NCBI GenBank assembly: GCA_902786595.1
Contig: CADADB010000015.1
Span: forward strand, 941-64,940
DNA: 64,000 nucleotides
Origin: an uncultured Bacteroidota bacterium
GTDB lineage: Bacteria; Bacteroidota; Bacteroidia; Bacteroidales; WCHB1-69
Reading direction: 5' to 3'
Under the pieces are notes generated by a model that worked only from the letters and a program-made list of their open reading frames with translations, was not told where the DNA came from and searched no databases. Position 1 is the first letter of the stretch. Each line of letters begins with the position of its first letter. Positions 30,969-39,551 of this stretch are shown here, piece by piece. Both the position numbers and the translations under genes were made by a program.

Positions 30969-31703
30969 ATGACAACTCCTGAAAAGCACGGATTGAATAT
31001 TGCAGTGGTGCTGGCGGGCGGTTCCGGACAGCGTTTCGGGGCGGCGACTCCCAAGCAGTTCCTTCCTTTGGCAGGTCGCACCGTTATCGAATATAGCGTA
31101 GAGGCCTTTGAACATTGCGAAGATATTGACGAGATTGCCGTCGTCATGCATCCCGACTATCTTGCTCAGATGCAGGCGATTATCGACAAAAATGGATGGA
31201 AAAAAGTGAAAAAGTTGTTGCCAGGCGGAGCGGAACGGTATTTCTCGACGCTGGCTGCCCTTAACGCCTACGAAAATGCAAACCATGTCAACCTGATTTT
31301 CCACGATGCGGCGCGTCCAGCGGTGAGTCAACGGATTATCAAAGAGACGGTTACCGCGTTGGAGACCCATTCGGCGGTGGCCGTGGCGGTTCCAGCGACG
31401 GACACTGTTTTCGAGGTGACGGAAGATGGCGGTTTCATCACAGGTATCCCGAACAGAAAACAGTTGCGTTGTGCCCAAACCCCGCAGGCCTTCCGTATCG
31501 ATGTGATCCGCGAGGCCTATCGCAAAGCACTGTCGGACCCGGATTTTTCCAGTACCGACGACTGCGGGGTGCTCCACAAATATTGCCCCGAAGTCCCCAT
31601 TTTCATAGTCCCTGGCGACACTTCCAATATCAAACTTACCTATCCTGGCGATACAGAGATACTTGAACGGATATTGAAAAATACTTCTGAAAATGAAAAT
31701 TGA
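30969..31703 (+). CDS. ispD: 2-C-methyl-D-erythritol 4-phosphate cytidylyltransferase
   Basis: IAVVLAGGSGQRFG..PKQFL motif. Start trimmed to the ATG at 30969. Confidence 0.88.
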   Translation: MTTPEKHGLNIAVVLAGGSGQRFGAATPKQFLPLAGRTVIEYSVEAFEHCEDIDEIAVVMHPDYLAQMQAIIDKNGWKKVKKLLPGGAERYFSTLAALNAYENANHVNLIFHDAARPAVSQRIIKETVTALETHSAVAVAVPATDTVFEVTEDGGFITGIPNRKQLRCAQTPQAFRIDVIREAYRKALSDPDFSSTDDCGVLHKYCPEVPIFIVPGDTSNIKLTYPGDTEILERILKNTSENEN

Positions 31704-31721
31704 AATTCGCAAATAACGGAA

Positions 31722-33269
31722 ATGATACATCTGAAACTATCGAATATAAAGATTCCTGTCGGGAACGAGAAAAATATTAAAAACCTGGTTTGCAAGCAGT
31801 TCAAAATCCGTACAGAGGATTTGAACGGTTTCCGTATCGTGCGCCAATCGGTGGATGCGCGGAAGAAGAATAACGTGTTGTACAATTTCCAGGTGGAAGT
31901 CTCCATCCCCGACCAATACCGTTCTTTGTTGAAGGGCTCCGATGCTGCAGAATGTGTTCCCGCTCAGGAACTTTCATACCCCAAATGGGCGCATGACCTG
32001 CCGCCTGTAGTGGTCGGCTTCGGGCCGGCGGGGATGTTCGCCGCCCTTTATCTTGCCCGCTGCGGTGCACATCCCGTCATCATTGAGCGTGGTGAGCACA
32101 TCGAGGAGCGGCAACAGTCGGTGCAACGTTTTCTACAGACCAAAGTGCTGAACCCCAATTCCAACGTGCAGTTCGGCGAGGGTGGTGCCGGCACTTTCTC
32201 CGATGGGAAACTCAATACTAACGTCAACAGCGAATACAACCAATTTATACTCAACGAGTTCTATCAGCATGGCGCACCCGAGTCGGTAACGTATCAGCAG
32301 AATCCGCACGTGGGCACCGACTATCTTTCGAAAGTGGTGAAAAATATCCGCATGGAGATTGAATCTTTGGGAGGCGAATTCCATTTCAACACGCTTTTTG
32401 ATGGTTTTGAGAAAGAAGGAGAAAAATTGGTGGTGCATTGTCAAGATGGTAATGCATTTACAACCAGTCATTTACTGTTAGGATTGGGCCATTCCGCCCG
32501 CGACACTATCCGCATGTTGCACGCTAAAGGACTGTTGATGGAGCCGAAGGCGTTCTCCATCGGGGTGCGTATGGAGCACCTGCAGCGCGACATAAACCGG
32601 ATGCAGTATGGTCCTGCCGCAAATCTCTTGCCACCAGCTTCTTACAAGGGAGTAGTTCACATCGGAAACCGCGGGGTTTATACGTTTTGTATGTGCCCTG
32701 GCGGTACTGTGATGGCTTCCGCCAGCGAGGAAGGCATGATTGTCACCAACGGGATGAGCGAGCACAAACGCGACAAGGCCAACGCCAACAGTGCGTTGTT
32801 AGTGAGCGTGTTACCGGAGGATTTCTTGCATGGTTCAGTGCTGGACGGCATTGAATATCAGGAGAAGTACGAAAGGTTGGCCTTCCGTATGGCGGGCGAC
32901 GGTCGTGCGCCGGGCAACCTCGTGGGCGAATTCCTGAAAGGGCAAATCGCCACTCGTCACCGCAAAGTGGTCCCTTCCTACCCGCACGGCCTCTACTACG
33001 GCGACTTCAGCCGCTGTCTGCCCGATTATGCAGTACATGCTTTGCGCGAGGCGTTGCCGCAGCTTGACCGACGGCTTCCCGGCATTGCCAATGTTGATAC
33101 GGTGTTGACGGGTGTGGAGACGCGCTCCTCCTCGCCAGTGCGCATTATTCGCAATGAAGATAGAATTTCCTCTGTGTCAGGAATTTATCCAATAGGAGAG
33201 GGGGCTGGTTACGCCGGTGGCATCATGAGCGCCGCCATCGACGGGCTGAAAACAGCCATGTCTTTATAA
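31722..33269 (+). CDS. FAD-dependent oxidoreductase (uncharacterised COG2509-like family)
   Basis: 515 aa. Dinucleotide-binding VVVGFGPAGMFAALYLA, and C-terminal YPIGEGAGYAGGI. Confidence 0.75.
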   Translation: MIHLKLSNIKIPVGNEKNIKNLVCKQFKIRTEDLNGFRIVRQSVDARKKNNVLYNFQVEVSIPDQYRSLLKGSDAAECVPAQELSYPKWAHDLPPVVVGFGPAGMFAALYLARCGAHPVIIERGEHIEERQQSVQRFLQTKVLNPNSNVQFGEGGAGTFSDGKLNTNVNSEYNQFILNEFYQHGAPESVTYQQNPHVGTDYLSKVVKNIRMEIESLGGEFHFNTLFDGFEKEGEKLVVHCQDGNAFTTSHLLLGLGHSARDTIRMLHAKGLLMEPKAFSIGVRMEHLQRDINRMQYGPAANLLPPASYKGVVHIGNRGVYTFCMCPGGTVMASASEEGMIVTNGMSEHKRDKANANSALLVSVLPEDFLHGSVLDGIEYQEKYERLAFRMAGDGRAPGNLVGEFLKGQIATRHRKVVPSYPHGLYYGDFSRCLPDYAVHALREALPQLDRRLPGIANVDTVLTGVETRSSSPVRIIRNEDRISSVSGIYPIGEGAGYAGGIMSAAIDGLKTAMSL

Positions 33270-33271
33270 TA

Positions 33272-33320
33272 CGGTTTGCGATTTGCGGTTTACGATTTGC
33301 GGTTTACGATTTGCGGTTTG
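33272..33320. repeat. Heptamer array CGRTTTR x7 (49 nt)
   Basis: cggtttg cgatttg cggttta cgatttg cggttta cgatttg cggtttg. It starts 2 nt after the TAA at 33267-33269. Confidence 0.9.
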
Positions 33321-33382
33321 CGGAGAAAGGTGAATAAATACTTGTAAGACAATACCACGGTTTCCCTGTAACCCAATAGACG

Positions 33383-34705
33383 TTACCTTGGTCTTAACGT
33401 TCTCAAGAGATAATCGACCGTAATGTCCACCGGACGGTAGATGCAGTTGGTGAAATTGTGGTCGTAATATTCCAGTTCATAATACTCGCTGTTCTCCCAC
33501 ATTTGGTGGAAGCGTTCGCCGCAGGTGAAGGGCACGAGGCGGTCGCCATTGCCTTGGATGACGCAGGCGTTGCCGTGATACTTGGCTGAGGTCTCGAAGA
33601 TGGGCAGCCGGAGGGCGGTTTTAAGGTAGCGGCCACCGATGGCGATGCCGTTGTGCAGCACGAGACTGTCAGGCGGGTCGAGAGGGTTGAACTCGATGCC
33701 GAAAAGGTTGCCTCGGGCGATGTCGTCGCGCACCGAAGAGGCCGGCGACAGCAGCACCACTGCCTTGATGTCCTCATCGTGGTTGCCAGCGACCATCGCC
33801 GCCACAATCGCACCTTGCGAGTGACCCACCAGTGAGATGTTACGGACGAAACGCAAATCCTGCGCGTAAGCCAACACCTGCTCCAAGTCCTCAATCTCGT
33901 TCGGGATGGTCATCTCGGAGAAGCGGCCTTCGCTCTTGCCGTGCCCGTTGAAGTCGAACGCGAGCGTGGCAAAACCTTCCGCCTGCAGCTGTTTCTCAAT
34001 CCGGTGCATCAGCTCGAAATTATGGTCGCAGTTCAGTCCATGGCAAAGCACCACGAGGTCGCAACGCTGACCGGGTTGCAGTTCGGGCTTGTGCAGCACT
34101 GCCGCTAGCTTCCCTTTGCTGCCGTCAAGGGTGAGATTTTCGTCTGTTCCGCTGATGGACAACGGTCGTGGTTCTTCGAAAAGCTCATACAGCTTTTTCT
34201 CGATTTTATACGATAACACCGTGCTGACCAACACTTTACCATCCGGCCCGATGAGATAGACGGAGGGAATCCAGCGCACGCCGTAGGCCTTGGCTACCTC
34301 CGACTGGTTCATCCGTTTCAGCTCGGTGACCTGCGGGTAAGGAACGCCAGATTTGGCAATGTAATCCGTCCATTTGTCTTTGTCGATATCAAACGAAACG
34401 CCAAGGAACTCCACGCCGTTTTTGTGAAATTTGCGATAAAGGCGGATGATTTCGGGAAGATCCTTGCGGCAATCGGGGCACCAGGAGGCCCAGAAGTCGA
34501 TGACAACATACTTACCCTTGGCAAACTCACTGAATTTCACAGTTTTGCCATCAGGATTTTTCAGTTGGAAATCAGGTGCGGATGTGCCGGGTTTCAGCAG
34601 CTCCTGCGCATAAAGTTCATCAAAGTCGGTGACGACCTGCGCTTGCACGCATACAAACGTCATCATAAAAACCCAAAGAAGGGTCAGTTTCAGCTGTATT
34701 TTCAT
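33383..34705 (-). CDS. Fusion: TlpA/ResA-like thioredoxin-fold redoxin + alpha/beta hydrolase
   Basis: Signal peptide MKIQLKLTLLWVFMMTFVCVQAQ, CxxC motif FWASWCPDC, and nucleophile elbow GHSQG in the C-terminal half. Start trimmed to the ATG at 34705. Confidence 0.75.
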   Translation of the reverse strand: MKIQLKLTLLWVFMMTFVCVQAQVVTDFDELYAQELLKPGTSAPDFQLKNPDGKTVKFSEFAKGKYVVIDFWASWCPDCRKDLPEIIRLYRKFHKNGVEFLGVSFDIDKDKWTDYIAKSGVPYPQVTELKRMNQSEVAKAYGVRWIPSVYLIGPDGKVLVSTVLSYKIEKKLYELFEEPRPLSISGTDENLTLDGSKGKLAAVLHKPELQPGQRCDLVVLCHGLNCDHNFELMHRIEKQLQAEGFATLAFDFNGHGKSEGRFSEMTIPNEIEDLEQVLAYAQDLRFVRNISLVGHSQGAIVAAMVAGNHDEDIKAVVLLSPASSVRDDIARGNLFGIEFNPLDPPDSLVLHNGIAIGGRYLKTALRLPIFETSAKYHGNACVIQGNGDRLVPFTCGERFHQMWENSEYYELEYYDHNFTNCIYRPVDITVDYLLRTLRPR

Positions 34706-34768
34706 TGCTTTTCGTTTAATTTCAATCTGTTGAAAATGAAGGTCGCGGAATCGTCCGCAATGATTGCG

Positions 34769-34776
34769 CAAAAGTA
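34769..34776 (-). promoter_or_regulatory. -7 box TACTTTTG (minus strand) of a back-to-back promoter pair
   Basis: The reverse complement of caaaagta matches TAnnTTTG. Confidence 0.5.
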
Positions 34777-34787
34777 CAATATTTTTG

Positions 34788-34795
34788 TATTTTTG
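34788..34795 (+). promoter_or_regulatory. -7 box TATTTTTG (plus strand) of a back-to-back promoter pair
   Basis: TAnnTTTG match, 22 nt upstream of the ATG at 34817. Confidence 0.5.
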
Positions 34796-34816
34796 CGCTC
34801 TTAAATTGAAAAGAAA

Positions 34817-36166
34817 ATGGGCGCATTCAAAGCATACGATTTTCGTGGAATCTTCGGTAAAGATTTCGATTTGGACACGGTTTATAAATTCGGTTTCTTT
34901 TTGCCGGCTTTGTTGAAGGCGGATAAAGTGCTGATTGGTCGCGACATGCGGCTGACCTCATCGGACATGTTCGATGCGCTGGCCCGTGGTATCACGGATG
35001 CGGGCGCGGATGTGTATGACATGGGGCTGACCACCACACCCATGGTCTATTACTTTACCGCAAAGCACCATTTTGACGCTTCTGTCATGATTACCGCCTC
35101 CCATAACCCAAAGGAATACAACGGGTTGAAAGTTTCAAGAAGGGATGCGCTTCCTGTGGGCTTCGACACCGGACTGGGCGAGTTGGAACAGAAAATCCTG
35201 CACGATGAGGTGGTCGTCACCGCCCCGAAAGGCAAAATTGTGGATTACCCCGTAAAACAAGAATATCTTGAATTTCAGTCAAAGTATCACTATCCTATTG
35301 ACAATCTGAATATTGTGATGGACTGCTCGAACGGCATGGCTTCCATTCTCGTGAAGGAGATTTTCGGTGACAAGCCGCTTTATCTCTTTGACACGTTGGA
35401 TGGTACGTTTCCGAACCACGAGGCGAATCCGTTGGAGCCGGAAAACATTGTGGCGTTGCAGGAAAAGGTGCGTGAGACGCACGCCGATATTGGGGTGGTG
35501 TTTGATGGCGATGCCGACCGGGTGATGTTTGTGGATGAGCATGGCGATTTTATTCCGCCCGACTTGATGATTGCGGTTTTAGGACACTATTTCATTGAAG
35601 AGAAAAACGTACAAGGTTATGTGATTCAGGATATTAGAACATCGAAATCCGTGGCGGAATATTTGGAGAAGATGGGACGGGAAATGTACATCTGGCGTGT
35701 GGGTCGCGCTTACGCCGCCATGAAGTTGCGCGAGATTGACGGTGCATTCGGTGGGGAGTATGCCGGCCACTACTATTTCCGCGACTTTTTCTACTCCGAC
35801 TCCGCGATGATTGCCTCTCAGGTGGCACTGCACGTCTTTTCCGAAATGAAAAAACGGGGAATCTCTGTGTCACAGCTGATTGCGCAGATCAAACGCTATG
35901 CCAACTCTGGCGAAATCAACTTCACCATTGAGCACAAGAAAGAGGCCATGGAGGCGGTGAAGGCGGCCTGCATCGCGCAGGAGGAACCGACAAAAATCCT
36001 CGACTTCGACGGCTACCGCGTGGAGTTTGCCGACTGGTGGTTCAACATCCGCCCCTCCAACACAGAACCCTACTTGCGGCTGCTGATGGAGGCGCGGACG
36101 GAAAATCTTCTCAACGCAAAAAGGAATTTCATTGAAAATGTACTGAAACCGTTTATGTTACGTTAA
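34817..36166 (+). CDS. Phosphohexomutase (phosphomannomutase/phosphoglucomutase family)
   Basis: Active-site TASHNPKEYNG and Mg-binding FDGDADR; 449 aa. Confidence 0.88.
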   Translation: MGAFKAYDFRGIFGKDFDLDTVYKFGFFLPALLKADKVLIGRDMRLTSSDMFDALARGITDAGADVYDMGLTTTPMVYYFTAKHHFDASVMITASHNPKEYNGLKVSRRDALPVGFDTGLGELEQKILHDEVVVTAPKGKIVDYPVKQEYLEFQSKYHYPIDNLNIVMDCSNGMASILVKEIFGDKPLYLFDTLDGTFPNHEANPLEPENIVALQEKVRETHADIGVVFDGDADRVMFVDEHGDFIPPDLMIAVLGHYFIEEKNVQGYVIQDIRTSKSVAEYLEKMGREMYIWRVGRAYAAMKLREIDGAFGGEYAGHYYFRDFFYSDSAMIASQVALHVFSEMKKRGISVSQLIAQIKRYANSGEINFTIEHKKEAMEAVKAACIAQEEPTKILDFDGYRVEFADWWFNIRPSNTEPYLRLLMEARTENLLNAKRNFIENVLKPFMLR

Positions 36167-36170
36167 TTTT

Positions 36171-36219
36171 AGACTTAAGACTTAAGACTTAGGACTTAAG
36201 ACTTAAGATTTAGGACTTA
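36171..36219. repeat. Heptamer array AGACTTA x7 (49 nt)
   Basis: agactta agactta agactta ggactta agactta agattta ggactta. It starts 4 nt after the TAA at 36164-36166. Confidence 0.9.
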
Positions 36220-36254
36220 TCTCACCATTGTCAATTATCAGTTAAAATAATCCC

Positions 36255-39200
36255 ATGTTTGGAACAAACCATACAAATCTTTATTCATTATCGCGGAAAA
36301 TCGTGATGATTGGGGCGATATTGTGTTTGTTCCTGACATCGGCTCACGCCCAGTTCTACAATGGTTCTAAACTCTCCTTCGGGAAAAGTCGTGTGCAGCA
36401 TCAGAATTTTAACTGGCAGTATCTCCGCGCCGAACAATATGATGTCTATTATTACCCGACAGGCAGGGCGTTAGCGCAATACGTTTTCTACAAAACCCCC
36501 GAATTCATTTCCGAAATCGAGAAACTACTGAATTACACCTCCAAAAAGAAACTGCAGATCATCGTGTATAACACGCAGTCTGACTTCAGGGAATCCAATT
36601 TCGCCTATGACTATGAAGATTTCTACAACCAGGGCGGCGTGACCAACATTTACGGCACGAAAATCTACCTCTATTTCGATGGGAACCGCGCCCATCTGGA
36701 CAAGATGATCCGAGGCGGACTGATGAACGTGTATGCTCATTGGCTGGTGCAGGGTGCGACGGTTGGCGCCAACATTTCATACGATTACCTGATGAATGTG
36801 CCCAGCTGGTATTACAGCGGATTGGCTTCCTATTTTGGCGAACATTGGAACAGTGATGTGGATGCGCACATCAAAAACGGCATCCTTACCGGAAAATACA
36901 AACGTCTTGAGGAACTTTCTCCCGTGGATGCCACATACGCTGGCCATTCGTTCTGGAAATATCTGGTGGATCTATATGGAGAATCCATCATTCCCAAGGT
37001 GCTCTATTACACCCGTTCGGCGAAAAGTATGGAAAACGGTCTGTTCCGTGCCACTTCAATTCCGTATAAAATCTTGGTTACGCAATGGTACAAGTATTAT
37101 ATGGTCATGTATCATCCGGATATGGCCAAGTCCATGCCTGCCGGTGAAGAAATCCTCCGAAAACCCAACCCCAAACGGGATTATGCACGTTTCTGCTTTT
37201 CTCCCGATGGCGAAAAGTACGCATACGTCACGAATGAAGCTGGCCAGGTCCGTGTCTGGATGAAAACCGAGAAGGACAAAAAACCGAAATGTATTCTTCG
37301 GAAATATCAAAAAACGGAGGACAATCCTGACCTCACTTTCCCTCTGGTTGCTTGGCATCCTTCCGGGGAAATTCTCGGTTTGACCTTTGAACATAAAGGG
37401 GATTGTCTGTTTGTACCCTTTGATTTGGAAAAGCGGAAATGGGGGAAGAAATTCTTGGTGGATGTGGAGAAAATCAGTTCCTGGTGCTATTCGGAAGACG
37501 GGCAGCGGATGCTGTTCTCTGGCTTCAAGAACGGACAGTCCGACATTTTCATGTACAGTTTTCTGGCCAAAACGTACCAAAACCTCACCAATGACTTCTA
37601 TGACGACTACAATCCGGTGTTTATGAATTCCCGGCAGATTGTCTTTGCCTCGAATCGTCCAGTTGATTCTATCTTGTTGAAAGATAATTTCTTAGACGAA
37701 TCAGGACAAAGGACATATAACCTGTTTTTGTATAATTACAACACCAAGGACAGCTCTTTGCTTCGCATCACGGATTCGCCGTATGCAAATGAATACGGCA
37801 TTTTGCCAGCGGGCGACCAGCGTGTGCTGTTCTTGAGTGATGAAGGAGGGGTGGTGAACCGTTATGAGGCGGTTTTCGACAGTTCCATCAGTCGTATTGA
37901 CACGGCGGTACATTATATTTACTATGCCAAAACGCATCCTCTGACGGATAGATCTTTCGATATCATCGAACATGCGTATAACCCTGTCACCAACACGGTA
38001 GCGGATCTTTCGCTCACCAACAACTACAAACACATTTGGTTTACGGAGTTACATACTTTATATCATCCTGATATCCAGCCATCCGCATTTCATCGGAAGG
38101 TTCGTGAGGATATGGTTAAGCGTGATAGTGTGCAGAAAATCCAGGACAGCGTTTCCGATAATTTCCCATTGCAGCAACACGGTTTTATTCTGTCATCTGA
38201 ATCGGATGCTTCGGCCGGCAACACTTCCGATCTTGATGGGGACACCACTTACACCTCCCGTCGTTCGAACCGTGATTTTCCCATTCCTGTCGGTTTGCCC
38301 TATAGAGTGCAATATTCTATTGATCAGTTGATTACGCAGGCCGATTTCAGTTTCTTGAACACATCTTACCAGCAGTTTGAAGGAGGCACATCGCCCATTT
38401 ATCTGAACACGGGGTTTAACGCGCTGTTCATGTTGGGAATCAACGACCTTTTTGAGGATCACCGTATTACGGGAGGATTCAGAATAGGTTGGGACTTAAA
38501 TAGTTATGAGTTTCTGTTCAGTTATGAGAATCTCTCGCGCCGTTTGGACCGGCAGATCACGCTGCACCGACAGGCCATCAGTTCGCAGGTGAACGGTTAT
38601 GTCTATCGGCAAAATTCAAACAGTGTGTTTTACACGCTGAAATTCCCGTTCAATAAGACGAACAGCTTGCGGCTGACCCTGAAGGGGCGTTATGAGACGA
38701 ATGTTGTGGCGGCGCTGAATGACCAGACCTTGCAGGCGGAAGATGCGCATCACGTGTGGGCAGGCGCGAAGCTGGAGTATATTTTCGATTCCTCAAAGGA
38801 GTTATACACGAATCTTTGGCGCGGCACCAAGTTGAAATTGTTCGCCGAATACGAACAAAGACTTGAAAAACAGACTCTTAACCTTTTCGTCATCGGTTTT
38901 GATGCCCGCCGCTCGTTCAAGTTGTATCGCAATATGACGTTGGCATTGCGGCTTGCAGGCAGCACGAATGCGGGCACTGCGCGGCTCGTCTATTATATGG
39001 GCGGCGTGGATAACTGGATTGCCGCGAAATTCAACAGTGACATTTCCACGGATTTGACCAAGAATTACGCCTACCAGACGTTGGCCACGAACATGCGCGG
39101 TTTCCGTCAGAACATCCGCAACGGCACCTCTTTCTTTGTCTTCAACGGAGAATTGCGTGTGCCTATTGTGCAGTTGATTGTCGGTCACAAGCTCGGATGG

Positions 39201-39491
39201 AATTTCCTCAATTCGCTGCAACTGAACTTGTTTGGGGATGTTGGCACGGCATGGACGGGCTTTACTCCATATTCGGAGGACAACTGTCTATATACCCGCT
39301 ATATCGACAGCGGTCCGATTCATGCGGAGGTCAAGCGGCAGGTGGATCCATGGGTAGGTGGCTTCGGCATCGGGGCTAGGGTTTCCATTTTGGGTTATTT
39401 TCTCCGCTTTGATTATGCTTGGGGGGTGGAGGATTGGGAAATCCCGAACAAAAAAGGGATGTTTATGTTTTCATTGGGAACGGATTTTTGA
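36255..39491 (+). CDS. Large outer-membrane protein: N-terminal globular domain + PD40/TolB-like beta-propeller repeats + C-terminal Omp85-like beta-barrel
   Basis: 1078 aa with signal peptide (alternative start ATG 36306, MIGAILCLFLTSAHAQ). PD40-like FSPDGEKYAY, WHPSGEIL, YSEDGQRMLF. C-terminus ...GFGIGARVSILGYFLRFDYAWGV...MFMFSLGTDF ends in an aromatic residue. Confidence 0.6.
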   Translation: MFGTNHTNLYSLSRKIVMIGAILCLFLTSAHAQFYNGSKLSFGKSRVQHQNFNWQYLRAEQYDVYYYPTGRALAQYVFYKTPEFISEIEKLLNYTSKKKLQIIVYNTQSDFRESNFAYDYEDFYNQGGVTNIYGTKIYLYFDGNRAHLDKMIRGGLMNVYAHWLVQGATVGANISYDYLMNVPSWYYSGLASYFGEHWNSDVDAHIKNGILTGKYKRLEELSPVDATYAGHSFWKYLVDLYGESIIPKVLYYTRSAKSMENGLFRATSIPYKILVTQWYKYYMVMYHPDMAKSMPAGEEILRKPNPKRDYARFCFSPDGEKYAYVTNEAGQVRVWMKTEKDKKPKCILRKYQKTEDNPDLTFPLVAWHPSGEILGLTFEHKGDCLFVPFDLEKRKWGKKFLVDVEKISSWCYSEDGQRMLFSGFKNGQSDIFMYSFLAKTYQNLTNDFYDDYNPVFMNSRQIVFASNRPVDSILLKDNFLDESGQRTYNLFLYNYNTKDSSLLRITDSPYANEYGILPAGDQRVLFLSDEGGVVNRYEAVFDSSISRIDTAVHYIYYAKTHPLTDRSFDIIEHAYNPVTNTVADLSLTNNYKHIWFTELHTLYHPDIQPSAFHRKVREDMVKRDSVQKIQDSVSDNFPLQQHGFILSSESDASAGNTSDLDGDTTYTSRRSNRDFPIPVGLPYRVQYSIDQLITQADFSFLNTSYQQFEGGTSPIYLNTGFNALFMLGINDLFEDHRITGGFRIGWDLNSYEFLFSYENLSRRLDRQITLHRQAISSQVNGYVYRQNSNSVFYTLKFPFNKTNSLRLTLKGRYETNVVAALNDQTLQAEDAHHVWAGAKLEYIFDSSKELYTNLWRGTKLKLFAEYEQRLEKQTLNLFVIGFDARRSFKLYRNMTLALRLAGSTNAGTARLVYYMGGVDNWIAAKFNSDISTDLTKNYAYQTLATNMRGFRQNIRNGTSFFVFNGELRVPIVQLIVGHKLGWNFLNSLQLNLFGDVGTAWTGFTPYSEDNCLYTRYIDSGPIHAEVKRQVDPWVGGFGIGARVSILGYFLRFDYAWGVEDWEIPNKKGMFMFSLGTDF

Positions 39492-39504
39492 GCCAAAAAA
39501 AATG

Positions 39505-39512
39505 TATTTTTG
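39505..39512 (+). promoter_or_regulatory. -7 box TATTTTTG
   Basis: TAnnTTTG match, 40 nt upstream of the ATG at 39552. Confidence 0.5.
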
Positions 39513-39551
39513 CATCGTTTAAGAAAAAACAATTAAAAACCTTAATAATCT

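Noticed and set aside
36171-36219. CRISPR-like appearance of the regularly spaced repeats in intergenic regions.
   Set aside because: The period is only 6-10 nt with no unique spacers between units, and no cas genes are present. These are micro-tandem arrays, not CRISPR.
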